Shown here: in pieces, positions 8,514 through 18,080 of the stretch | Position numbering within the stretch: the first letter of the stretch is position 1 | Layout of the letters: the number at the start of each line of letters is the position of its first letter | IMG/VR virus record: IMGVR_UViG_3300049846_000628 | Location: 124,001 to 188,000 of that record | Strand: one strand, 5' to 3' | Length of the DNA: 64,000 nucleotides | Notes under the pieces: model-generated | Told to the model about the DNA's origin: nothing | Databases searched by the model: none | The model's input: the letters and a program-made list of their open reading frames with translations, nothing else | Program-made: the position numbers and the translations under genes

Positions 8514-8671
8514 CGCTGCAGTTGGGCAAGGGAGGAAGGGGCGATGTGGGAGGGGGAACCACAGGAGCGGTAGAAGTCTACCATGCGGTCTGCTTCCTCT
8601 TTAGTGGTGAACCACTGCGAGCGCCACTCACAGGCATTGTAGGGGGTCTGGTAGCGGACTTCGAAGCGCAT
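8510..8671 (-). CDS. Early small hypothetical protein (53 aa)
   Basis: Hand-translated MRFEVRYQTPYNACEWRSQWFTTKEEADRMVDFYRSCGSP...; own promoter. Confidence 0.7.
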   Translation of the reverse strand: MRFEVRYQTPYNACEWRSQWFTTKEEADRMVDFYRSCGSPSHIAPSSLAQLQR

Positions 8672-8739
8672 CGGTGTCGTTTGCTGATGGAATCAGTATA
8701 AGGGGCGGGAGGTGCCCCCAGAGAGGTTAGGTTGACGGT

Positions 8740-9495
8740 TCAGTAACTGTCACAACGGGCATTGACTGCCTCCAGAAGTTTTGCCACCTTATCTTGTTGC
8801 AGTTTGAATACAACGGAAGAGTTTTTGTTTGCTTTACTCAGTCCCAGAAATGCCTTAATTCCGTTGTTACTAGTAACGCGAATTCGCAGACCACAATCAT
8901 ACTCCTTCACGCCATCAGTGAACAACAGTCGGCGGGAACCTTTTGCGCGACCTTTGAGAAAAGGAGTGTAACCCTGTTGAATGTAACCAACTGCAGGATG
9001 TTGGTCTGCTTTGTAAGTATGAAGGTTCTTTGCTACAGTATCATTCACAGCGACCATCATTTCGCTGTTAGCATCAATCATCTGAGTTTGAATGAATGAT
9101 GCTAACTGTTCGGCAGTGAAAGAATCAAGAACACCGCTGCACAGATCATTAAAGTCTTTGCGAACTTGCTTCACAAAAGAAACAGCGGAACGCTGAGACT
9201 TGGGCAGTTGGCGGTATTCTTTGATCTGCTCAAGAAAATGGGTGAAAGTATCACCAACTACATCAGAAATCTTAGTTGTGTGAATCCAATCGAACGAACC
9301 ATTCTTTACACCTTGCTTGTGTTTGATGGTCCACTTGATGTTACGCTCAGGATCAAACGCATCCGCTTTGTTCTTCGTTCCACCTTGCAGATAAATGGAG
9401 AGAGAAGCAAGGTCAAAAAAGATTAGAAGATTCTTTGTATCTTCTTCATTCTTGACGCCTTCATAATGAACGCGCCCAGTGTTGTCAAAAGTCAT
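8740..9495 (-). CDS. Hypothetical protein, possible PD-(D/E)xK restriction-like nuclease
   Basis: 251 aa; AGGAG RBS; E...KAD...TIK spacing weakly resembles type II REase active sites. Confidence 0.45.
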   Translation of the reverse strand: MTFDNTGRVHYEGVKNEEDTKNLLIFFDLASLSIYLQGGTKNKADAFDPERNIKWTIKHKQGVKNGSFDWIHTTKISDVVGDTFTHFLEQIKEYRQLPKSQRSAVSFVKQVRKDFNDLCSGVLDSFTAEQLASFIQTQMIDANSEMMVAVNDTVAKNLHTYKADQHPAVGYIQQGYTPFLKGRAKGSRRLLFTDGVKEYDCGLRIRVTSNNGIKAFLGLSKANKNSSVVFKLQQDKVAKLLEAVNARCDSY

Positions 9496-9673
9496 TTAAT
9501 TCTCCTGTGGAATTCCACTAGATGATTTGTGCTCCGTCTTTATGGGGCGCGGAACGTTCCCCTGATGAACACAGAATAGAACGAAACAGGGGGCAGCGCA
9601 AGGGGTTGTGGACGGTTCGGGAAGTGGCACAGGATGCCCTGCTGGGGGCATCTGGGGGCTCTATACTAAGGGC

Positions 9674-9790
9674 ACAAGCGAAGGAGGGGCGGGGTAGCCC
9701 TTAAGACGAAAAAGGTCGCCACTGGGGCAGCTTTGAAATAGTAGAGTGGAAAGTATAAAAAAAGGGAGGCAATCGCCCCCCGATTCTTTA
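9674..9790 (+). ncRNA. Candidate small RNA from bidirectional palindrome promoter
   Basis: Plus-strand TATACT (9662-9667) 31 bp from palindrome 9608-9631; no credible ORF; several short stems; ends at a hairpin. Confidence 0.55.
9757..9790. terminator. Intrinsic terminator, probably bidirectional
   Basis: GGGAGGC-AATC-GCCCCCC hairpin with A7 on one side and TTCTTT on the other. Confidence 0.7.
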
Positions 9791-10135
9791 TGCGAACATA
9801 AAACCATTGCGGAACTCATACTCATTGTAGACAGGAGAAGTTCCTGCCTGTCCAACGAACTTGTGAACGAACCAATTCCAGTTCCGCTGGAATACACATT
9901 CACCACCACATCCGTGATCGTGAAGAATAGCATTCAGGCGGGACTTGGTAGTGTTAGACTGATACCCACCGTCAAAGATTTGCACGAAGTCATCACCAAC
10001 CGTGGCGATGTGATTGCCGTAAAGATACACTTTGGATTCGTTAGTTTCAGGATCGAAAGTAACTTTAGTGTTATCTTTCTGCCAGTTCTGATTGTTCAGA
10101 ATGGCGGCGTTCATTTCGCGTTCAATCTTACGCAT
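9788..10135 (-). CDS. Early hypothetical protein
   Basis: MRKIEREMNAAI...VYLYGNHIA...TTKSRLNAIL, recognisable cyanophage early-region family. Confidence 0.85.
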   Translation of the reverse strand: MRKIEREMNAAILNNQNWQKDNTKVTFDPETNESKVYLYGNHIATVGDDFVQIFDGGYQSNTTKSRLNAILHDHGCGGECVFQRNWNWFVHKFVGQAGTSPVYNEYEFRNGFMFA

Positions 10136-10209
10136 TGGGTGAATCCCTCAGGAACAAACGTAGTATGGCGTGGATTGGGGGCAATTGCAACCCCCTGTGT
10201 GCCAGTTCT

Positions 10210-11109
10210 TCAGGCGGCACACTGGAAGCGACCGCTGTTGAAGTTGTGATAGCTGAACACCTCACGATTCACCAGTTTAAACATACCAAACTCATTGGTC
10301 AGAACGTAACCCTCAGCATCAATACGATTACCGTTCACGTATGCTGCAGGACCAGAATTGCGGCACAGGAACAAACAATCATCCTTGATGCTCTTTACCA
10401 ATGCCCACAGACGAATCAGGTTAGGGTCACAATCAAACGTGTCATCCTCACTGATAGGACGACCCTCACGAATGATAGAGTTGATTTGCTGCTTAATCTT
10501 TGCCGCTTGCTTATCAGTTACGAACTCACAAGCAGTAGACATTTGACGGGCAAAGTCGCAGACTTCTTTTACATCAGCGAACGATTCTTGACCGTGCAGA
10601 ATGTAAGCTTCAGGACGAACAAACTTCACATAAGGAGTATCGGTGATAGTAAAGTTCATCGGATACGCTACAGCATCACGCAGATCATTCTCTGCAATGT
10701 AGTAAGTGTGAGGTGCAATGATGATCTCTTCAGATACTACATCACCGAACTTGTAAGTGATAGTATTGGGGGTGTATTCAGTTTCACCACCAAACCCGAT
10801 AAAATCACCTTGAATAATACCATTCACGCGAGGCAGATAATCAAAGCAAGCGTGAAGAATTTGGGCAACTTCGCCCTGATAGTGTTGATCAATCTCCTGG
10901 TGATTGTGGGCGATACGAATCTTTTTCTTGTTAAAGACTGCCTTAGTTCCTACAAAGAACTCACCGCAGGCAGGGTCGATTCCCCATACGATTGCAGGAG
11001 CTCCGTCAATCTTAACGCTGAGAGATCCAGCAGCAGTGAACCAATCAAGACACGAAAGATCACCCGTGAGGATGGTATCTTCGGGGTGCTCAAGGTGGAG
11101 GTTTTGCAT
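10210..11109 (-). CDS. DUF6267-like protein with ligase/nucleotidyltransferase motifs
   Basis: NLHLEHPED, SVKIDGAPAIVWG (KxDG), IQGDF, EGYV, KLVNR; start reassigned to MQNLHL. Confidence 0.65.
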   Translation of the reverse strand: MQNLHLEHPEDTILTGDLSCLDWFTAAGSLSVKIDGAPAIVWGIDPACGEFFVGTKAVFNKKKIRIAHNHQEIDQHYQGEVAQILHACFDYLPRVNGIIQGDFIGFGGETEYTPNTITYKFGDVVSEEIIIAPHTYYIAENDLRDAVAYPMNFTITDTPYVKFVRPEAYILHGQESFADVKEVCDFARQMSTACEFVTDKQAAKIKQQINSIIREGRPISEDDTFDCDPNLIRLWALVKSIKDDCLFLCRNSGPAAYVNGNRIDAEGYVLTNEFGMFKLVNREVFSYHNFNSGRFQCAA

Positions 11110-11178
11110 TGCGTTTGTTTTGATGCTCTTAGTATTGCACGAATCAGGGGGCAGCACAAGGGGTCTTGTGCCAGTTCT

Positions 11179-12605
11179 TCAGGTGTCCTCAGAGTGAAGA
11201 ATGTCTAGCATTTGCTGGTGATAGTTGTCAGCATCACGAACCACATTTGCTGCCTCAGATACATCTTCAATTTCATACTGTGTCATCTCCAGAGAGTGAA
11301 TCACATTGGAGAGAAGATCAGTCAGTGCCTCAATCTTTTGTGCGTCAGTCATACATTCTCATCTCCCATATCAAGAGAACAATTGCTGTAACCTTCATCG
11401 TATCCCCTGTCATAACCTTCATCATACATTGCTCGGGCAAAGTTTAAGATTTGTAGAGTATCTGCCTTCCAACAAATATCCTCCCACTTTTCAAAAGTTA
11501 GATAATTTTCAGCAAGTTGTAGGATTTGTTCTTCAGTCATCATCAAACCTCTTCACGCATTTTGAGAAGTGCTCTACGAAGTTCGCCACCTTCATAAGCA
11601 AGAAGACCTGTAGTTTCAATCATATTATACCATCCTTCATCTTGATGATACTCAATCAGGGCAATTAGAGCGTCAATTTGTGTGGTTGTCAGAGTGGTTT
11701 TTTTGTCAGTCATTTGAGTGCGTTTTGTCCGATTGTGTGCTGAACCATTCTCACTGCCATACGAAAGTTTCCAAAGTCCATAGTTTTGTCTTCTTCACAA
11801 AAATCCTCAAAAATCTTTTTGATTTGTTCGTCAGTGATTTGTGCGTTAGTCATCAGGGGTGCCTCTCAACTGAAACTAAGATAACAGGGGGTCACGGTCT
11901 CCCGCAACCCCCCGTGTGCCACTAGGTCAACTGTCACCCTCCAGCAGTTCGGGATAGTATTGATTAACCTCTTCGGTCAATTCTTCGTCCGAATACTTAT
12001 CATAACCCTCCATCAGATAATCATAACAGAGACAAGTCATAGTTTTGAGATCCATGTCATCCAGCATTTGCTGAACCATTTGATCTTGAAGGTCTTTGCG
12101 GTTCATTTCAGGAAGTGTAAAGTGCGTGATGATACTGTTGCTGAAGACGGGAAAGAATGTCAGTCCAGAACTCTACATCCTCATCGTCATTGTACTGATT
12201 GTTTTCTTCAACCAAACGAATCAGATTGTTGAGATCGTCAGCAGTGAGATAGTTCATCAGTAATCGTAGTTTGCGTTCAGGTACTCATTCACATCGAACT
12301 TCTCATCATCACGAAGTTCGGGAATGTCCATGTCAAAGATCTCACCAGGAGCATCCTGAATCTCAGACCACATCTCATCAAACATTGGTGAATCCCTCAG
12401 GAACGAATGTAATGTAGAACGGATTGGGGGGCATTGCAACCCCCCTTGTACCAGTTACTCAAGCGGCACAAGCAACGAATTCTTGAATATAATAATCCAA
12501 GGGCAATTCAAGGCGGTTAGCCTCACTTTCCCATTCTGCCCATTCTTGCTCCGAAGCATCATTAATGAAGTCTTCGAAAGTATACTCAAAAGCAGGACCG
12601 CACAT
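11179..12605 (-). other. Run of small early ORFs (e.g. 11179-11352, 11349-11546, ORF ending 11927, 12257-12385, 12459-12605)
   Basis: Tightly packed, mostly acidic ORFs with overlapping start/stop codons, punctuated by palindrome promoters. Confidence 0.7.
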
Positions 12606-12765
12606 AATCTTTTCGGGGTCAATTGCGACGACTTGAGTAACATAACCGATATCCGCCCCCAGCACAAGGGGGTATGTGCCAGTTTCAGAACTGTCCCATA
12701 TAACGACACTGTTATATCGTTTTATAATGATATAACGAGAGTCCAGTTATTCAAGTGTCACATTA

Positions 12766-12951
12766 TCAGAAGGGATCGATTTCCTTCGTGGTAGCATACA
12801 CTTCCTCATCACCTTCGAGTTCCAGTAACTCTTTCCAGTCCATATGTTCTACATCTAGATCATCATAACACATGATGTCTAGATTAACACGTACAAGGCG
12901 TTTCTGTACTAACATGGCGTCTAGATGTGTATGTGTACTAGATTGTATCAT
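12766..12951 (-). CDS. Small acidic hypothetical protein
   Basis: ORF track; ATGA overlap with 12948-13088. Confidence 0.6.
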   Translation of the reverse strand: MIQSSTHTHLDAMLVQKRLVRVNLDIMCYDDLDVEHMDWKELLELEGDEEVYATTKEIDPF

Positions 12952-13249
12952 GCATAATGACGATACGCAAGATCTTGATAATCATGCGCGTCTCGTGCAT
13001 AGTCCTCGTCGAGATCCTGTGTATAATACTCGTCGAGATCCGCGTAATCGTTTGTGTATGTATAGTCGAGATCGTAGTCGTCGTACATAGCTCGTCGAGA
13101 TTGTGTGACTAGATGATTATAGCATGAATCTAGACTAGATGCAAGAACTAGATTTGGGGTCTAGACTAGATTATGATAATATATATGAGTTCTCGACTAG
13201 ATTTGTGTTGATATGATAATATAATGCTATTGTGATATCTCGACTAGAT
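12855..13249 (+). repeat. Cluster of about 15 same-strand C[T/G]AGAT motifs; long form CT[C/A]G[T/A]C[G/T]AGAT
   Basis: Long copies at 13005, 13029, 13091, 13130, 13161, 13192, 13239; short copies at 12855, 12879, 12921, 12938, 13067, 13109, 13148. Confidence 0.85.
12948..13088 (-). CDS. Asp/Tyr-rich peptide (46 aa)
   Basis: Hand-translated MYDDYDLDYTYTNDYADLDEYYTQDLDEDYARDAHDYQDLAYRHYA; promoter TTGCAT-N17-TATAAT at 13144-13116. Confidence 0.6.
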   Translation of the reverse strand: MYDDYDLDYTYTNDYADLDEYYTQDLDEDYARDAHDYQDLAYRHYA

Positions 13250-13292
13250 TTTATGAGAATTGTGTGCGTCTTGTGACCTTCTGCGCGGGGGG

Positions 13293-13321
13293 TTGACTTT
13301 GAGAGCTTCGTGTGTTATAAT
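13293..13321 (+). promoter_or_regulatory. Near-consensus sigma70 promoter facing the tandem array
   Basis: TTGACT-N17-TATAAT with extended -10 TG; opposite to all neighbouring genes. Confidence 0.85.
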
Positions 13322-13348
13322 GCGCTCGCTAAGCTTGCATAAGGATCA

Positions 13349-13524
13349 GACATTTATAAGGTTTTAATGGGGTCTTTATAAGGTCTTTATAAGGTCTTTA
13401 TAAGGTCTTTATAAGGTCTTTATAAGGTCTTTATAAGGTCTTTATAAGGTCTTTATAAGGTCTTTATAAGGTTTTAATGGGGTTTTTATAAGGTTTTAAT
13501 GGGGTTTTAATGAGGTATTAAACA
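13349..13524. repeat. 11-bp tandem array
   Basis: Nine perfect GGTCTTTATAA (13371-13469) flanked in phase by GGTTTTAATGG-type variants. Confidence 0.98.
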
Positions 13525-13626
13525 GATAATATAAGCATATAACACTAACATTATACAACCGAATAAAAAACAATAATATATTTTTTAATATATTTTTTAA
13601 TTGATTTTAACCTTTTTTATTGATTT

Positions 13627-13797
13627 TTATGCCTTTTGGAGGTTAGAAAGTTCGTGTTCTGCTCTTCTTTCTAACTCTCCGTGTACGTGTCTACGTTGTT
13701 GACGACTCGCAATCGCATTCTGTCTAGCACGGAACATTGAGAGTGAAGTTTGTGGAGCAGAAGGAATCTGTTCCATAAATTGTTGAAACGTTTTCAT
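13627..13797 (-). CDS. Small late protein with MKTFQQF N-terminus
   Basis: Hand-translated 56 aa; ATAAATA late promoter near 13824-13830; N-terminus resembles T4-like internal head protein signals. Confidence 0.65.
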   Translation of the reverse strand: MKTFQQFMEQIPSAPQTSLSMFRARQNAIASRQQRRHVHGELERRAEHELSNLQKA

Positions 13798-13905
13798 TCT
13801 CTATATAAGGACTGTATTGATCCTATTTATTTCTACAAGACAGGGATGATCTCACTATGAACATATCCTTGTTGTTGAATATGTTTCTCCCATAGAGTAG
13901 CATCT

Positions 13906-16407
13906 TCAATCGTATAGAAAGTTGCGATTTGTTTTGATTGTTTGTTCTTCTTGTTTTTGAGATAGATTACTTGGTAATTCATACTGATAAATGATAATTG
14001 GTTTTGAATCATTCCAATGTCTGACTACACCTGCAATGATGAATCCATTGGTAATCAAATAGGAGAGAAAGATGACCGTTCGTATGATCGCAATAGTATC
14101 AGACTCTTTATCACACTTGGATGCTTTCTCTCCTAATGCTTTTGCCCACCATCTCCATACTGTCTTATTCTTCATAGATTGATTGCCTTGTTCGGATGTA
14201 CGTTAACTCTTTCCATTGATTCGCATAACACAAGACTAATAACCTTTCATTTTTATGAAGACGACAGGCTTCGTAGTTAATCTCATCTTTTGGTTTTGTT
14301 GCGACCTCGATTGTAATATACTGCTTATCAACGAAGTATATCCATCCTTCTACACCTTTAGTCCACGTTACATAATCATTTACCTTGGGAACATACATTG
14401 CTCTAATGGAGTTAGATTTGGAATCATTGCAGAATAAGGTGTTGTATCATCAATACTCACACGCTTACCCACTGTCTTACTATTGACTGGGGAGAAGTAT
14501 TCTTTTGTTTTTGAATTGTAGAATCCCCAGATACAACGAACATCCCCACCAAGATTGTAGTCAAACTTACGATGATGTAGAATCCAGATTGCAACAATAT
14601 TACGTTTGAATGACTCAGTTTCATAACTATAACCTTGAGGTGCTTTGTGGGGGAATTCAGGAATCACGGACTGCACGGAGACGATTTGGATTATAACCTA
14701 AAGCAAGATATTGTTGAAGACGTGCATCACATTGCTCTTTGGTTAATTGCTTCGCATCCTCTTCAATCAATGCCCAACCATCCGTGTAAAATTCTTCAAT
14801 GCGATAGAGTTGATTCACGTTGTAAATGCCTCCAGAAGACCAGATCCAAATTCATCTACCAGTGCGAACTTTTGTGCATTGACCACTCTTTCCATAATGC
14901 GATCAGTATACCGATCATCAAAAGACTGTTCGTTAGAAAGAATCTCAAATGCTTCAGTATCAGACTCAGCAATTAGATTAATCAGACCACCGTATTCAGA
15001 AGAAGGAAACGGCACCCAGTAATCAACAATGTACAGATATTTCATCGTTTGTGTTTTAGGACTCCTTCATTTTAGATTGTTTGTGAGCATTTGTCAAGCA
15101 GCTGAGTTGTCTCTCAATCTCATACTTAATCGGCAGTAGATGAGAAGAAAAGAATCCAGCATACTCTCCATCTTGTAGCAAACTGTAGATGTTCTCAGTT
15201 TGCATTAATGCAAAATTTAACTTCATTCTCCGATCCATCATACAAACTCCTGAATATAATACTCAACCGATACATCAAGTTTTTTGGCTTGCTTCTCATA
15301 AAAACGTTTCGTGTATTGTTTTGCTTCACCCCATTGCTGATAAGAATGAATCTCCATCTCAGAGTGCTTCATAAAATCTTCAAAAGCATTCATAAATTGT
15401 TTGATGTCTTCGTCGTTCATTAGTCTACAGGGCAATGAGGATGATCACTGGATTTAACACAAGCATCATAAGACTTCATCAGTTTAGCATCACGCTCAAT
15501 TAGAAATACATTCCAACCGATCATCAATCCAAACAGAATCAAGAAAACATAAGGGAACTTCATCAGCAGGCACCTTGCATAACGTTGTACTCTTGTACCA
15601 GATCAATGTTATCACCAGTGATCAGATAATCCAGCGCCAGACGCTCATCAATCTCACGCTGAGCATCCTTTTTGCTGATGCACTTGCGGGAGATGGTATC
15701 CACACCCTTCCAAGAAAGAACCTTGAGAGTGTAGTTGGAACAATCAGCAATCGGATAGAAACCAACCAGCATCGTGCCGTCTTTGGACTGGAGAGTGGGG
15801 AAGTCAATCATTGGGGGGCATCCCGATTACCTTTGTATTATAGGTCAGAAGGACGGCACCACGTCGTTGCGGAGGACAGTTCCGGATCTGTCCATTCGCT
15901 CAAAGACCGTGTAAAGTTTGTTATACAGTGCAGGAACACTTCCATATTCCCGTGCGATTTGATATTCATCACGAAGGTCTAAGGTCTGCAATGCAGATAG
16001 AATTACACCAATTTCGTGAACATTCAGTTGTAAAGTCGTTTCAGTCATTGTTATCAGTCCCAAGAAACATTTTCAAGAAGAACACCAGGCATTACATAAG
16101 TCCAGCCAGTTCCACCAGGTTTGTAATCCCATTTGTATTCATATTTGTTATGACTATCCCAAGTCATATATCCTTTCTCTTTATCAAACCTACCCTTAAT
16201 GGTCAGAGCAAATCTGTTAGAGAAGATATTGCGAGTACGAAGCGCACCGCTCTTTTCACGAGTTTCAATCACAACACAAGTATCCTCATAGAATTCAGTA
16301 CCAGACTCAATTCCACAGGCAGTTTCATAACGAAACGGACGATAGGCATCTTGTGCAAGTGCAGGAGACGCAAGAAGGAAAAAAGAAAGAAAAATAGATT
16401 TCATCAT
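13906..16407 (-). other. Run of small hypothetical ORFs (13906-14175, 14165-14398, 14380-14676, 14815-15045, 15056-15241, 15238-15435, 15563-15811, 15845-16063, 16054-16407)
   Basis: Co-oriented, abutting ORFs from the track. Confidence 0.75.
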
Positions 16408-16443
16408 CTGTGAATCTGCTTGTGTCGGTTAGTGACCTTCATA

Positions 16444-16920
16444 TTATACTGCCTGCGTCAAGCGGTTGGGGAAGAATTGTACCACTTCTGGAACTGGTAC
16501 ATTCAGTTCGTCAAACAAATACTCAACATATAAGGTTTCTTCCTGTTCCCGTGCTTCAATTTCGTGTGGTTGCATCCAATAGTCCATATCTTCCACACAT
16601 TCTTTACCATAACACATTTTTCCACGTCGGAGTCGCAGCGAACCGACCACCCACTGTCGCAGGTGCGTCAGTTCGTGCAAAAGAGTTTTTATATACAACT
16701 CATCATCCATATAGGTATTCAATTCAATCAGAAAGTGACGGGGACGATAGGTTTCACCTACAACGTCACAATATCCATAAACCTGCTCACGATTCAAACC
16801 ACGATGCACAATATCAACTTGAATCTTATGCCGTGGAAAGAAACGATTCAGAAACCAAGCGGTAACATCCTCACAGACCCGCTTGCGATAACCATATCCA
16901 GTGTGCGTAATGTAAGACAT
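16444..16920 (-). CDS. Zincin-like metallopeptidase
   Basis: TLLHELTHLRQW (HExxH) and downstream PHEIEA. Confidence 0.75.
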   Translation of the reverse strand: MSYITHTGYGYRKRVCEDVTAWFLNRFFPRHKIQVDIVHRGLNREQVYGYCDVVGETYRPRHFLIELNTYMDDELYIKTLLHELTHLRQWVVGSLRLRRGKMCYGKECVEDMDYWMQPHEIEAREQEETLYVEYLFDELNVPVPEVVQFFPNRLTQAV

Positions 16921-16984
16921 TGACCCCAGTGCAAAAACCAAATGAACGCAGAAACAAACAGGAGTTTTTCTTTAGCAGTCATAA

Positions 16985-17425
16985 TCAACGGGCATACAAA
17001 TATTGCCCGCTCCAATCTGCGTGTTGGAACAACCATTCACGCTGCTCAATGATGCGAAGGTCATAACGAACACCTTTCGCAGGAGCTTTGAACGATGCAG
17101 ACTTATACACTTGACCAGTCTGCTTATCCACAAAAGCGTGGACAGAGCGAGAACCATTGGCGACCATAATGATTTTGTGATACTTACGACCCGTTTCAGG
17201 GTAGAACTCATAACCACAAATACCCTCTTTCAGTTTAGCAATCTGCTTTTGATGATACTCGTGAGTATCAGCATCATCTACAAACTTTTGATGAGATTTG
17301 ATGCTATACTCAATGAAGTTCTGGCGCAGCGCCTCACAGAGGGCATAGGTGTGACCCAGAACTGCCTCTGCGATGTTCTTCCGTGCCTCTGCTTGGGCGG
17401 AGTATTCAGCGAAGGTGGTCGTCAT
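16985..17425 (-). CDS. Conserved phage hypothetical protein
   Basis: GRKYHKI..SVHAFVDKQTG.VYKSASFKAPAKGVRY motif; palindrome promoter. Confidence 0.85.
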   Translation of the reverse strand: MTTTFAEYSAQAEARKNIAEAVLGHTYALCEALRQNFIEYSIKSHQKFVDDADTHEYHQKQIAKLKEGICGYEFYPETGRKYHKIIMVANGSRSVHAFVDKQTGQVYKSASFKAPAKGVRYDLRIIEQREWLFQHADWSGQYLYAR

Positions 17426-17639
17426 TGCTTGGTTGCGTATGTGCTTATTATAGCGGCACCTAGGCACCGCTCAGGAGGTCAGTAGACCAGTTCCTCATCT
17501 GGCACCCAGTAGTCATCAGAACTCATATATCCCATCCAATCTGAAGGTTCGGACCCATAGATTTCAATTTCCCGCAGTTCATCAATCAGCTCAGATAGAT
17601 CCATTGTGAGTTCCTCAGTTACTTGAATAGTATAGCAGA

Positions 17640-18053
17640 TCAGACTGCTAAAGCACCAGAGGGAATTTCAACAACTTCAGGAAGTTTTTGTTCATAGCAA
17701 TTCATATTGTAGCAAACCCACTCACCGTTGCGGAAGACATAGTGATACTCTTCACCATTCTCAGGGAGCAGATACTCTGCAAGGTCAGCATCAAGACGCG
17801 GGGGGCAATCTTCACCACGCTCGGAATAGTATTGAGGACCATATTCCTGTGCTTTGGTCTCACTATTCCAGCGGTCTTCAGTCCAGCAGGAGGACATATC
17901 ACCACCATCAATCAGTTCTGCAACTTTATCTTTGGTGTTATAGTGAGTCTTCAGGATACGACCCAGCCAAGACTCATACGAGTCCCAATGATGATAAACC
18001 GAAAGAATAGACCCATCAGAGAGTTCAATTCCGATACGACCACGAGTAGCGAT
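17640..18053 (-). CDS. Conserved phage hypothetical protein with apparent ATC start
   Basis: Frame open 52 codons upstream of the track start: (I)ATRGRIGIELSDGSILSVYHHWDSYESWLG...; GAGG 8 nt before ATC; in-frame TGA at 18069-18071. Confidence 0.7.
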   Translation of the reverse strand: MATRGRIGIELSDGSILSVYHHWDSYESWLGRILKTHYNTKDKVAELIDGGDMSSCWTEDRWNSETKAQEYGPQYYSERGEDCPPRLDADLAEYLLPENGEEYHYVFRNGEWVCYNMNCYEQKLPEVVEIPSGALAV

Positions 18054-18080
18054 GATAGGTGCCTCAAATCAACAAATATA

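Noticed and set aside
5530-8720. G-quadruplex array on the plus strand
   Set aside because: Many G runs, but mostly three tracts per cluster and explained by C-rich promoter spacers and GC hairpins
9746-11208. Long plus-strand ORFs 9746-10249 and 10135-11208
   Set aside because: Antisense shadows of well-supported minus-strand genes, with no recognisable motifs
7118-12700. Bona fide integron with attC sites
   Set aside because: No integrase in the window, no RYYYAAC/GTTRRRY ends, and the fixed spacing to -10 points to a transcription role first; kept only as an analogy
13349-13524. CRISPR array
   Set aside because: Contiguous 11-bp repeats with no unique spacers; the 58969 nuclease is the usual T4-like exonuclease and no cas operon is present
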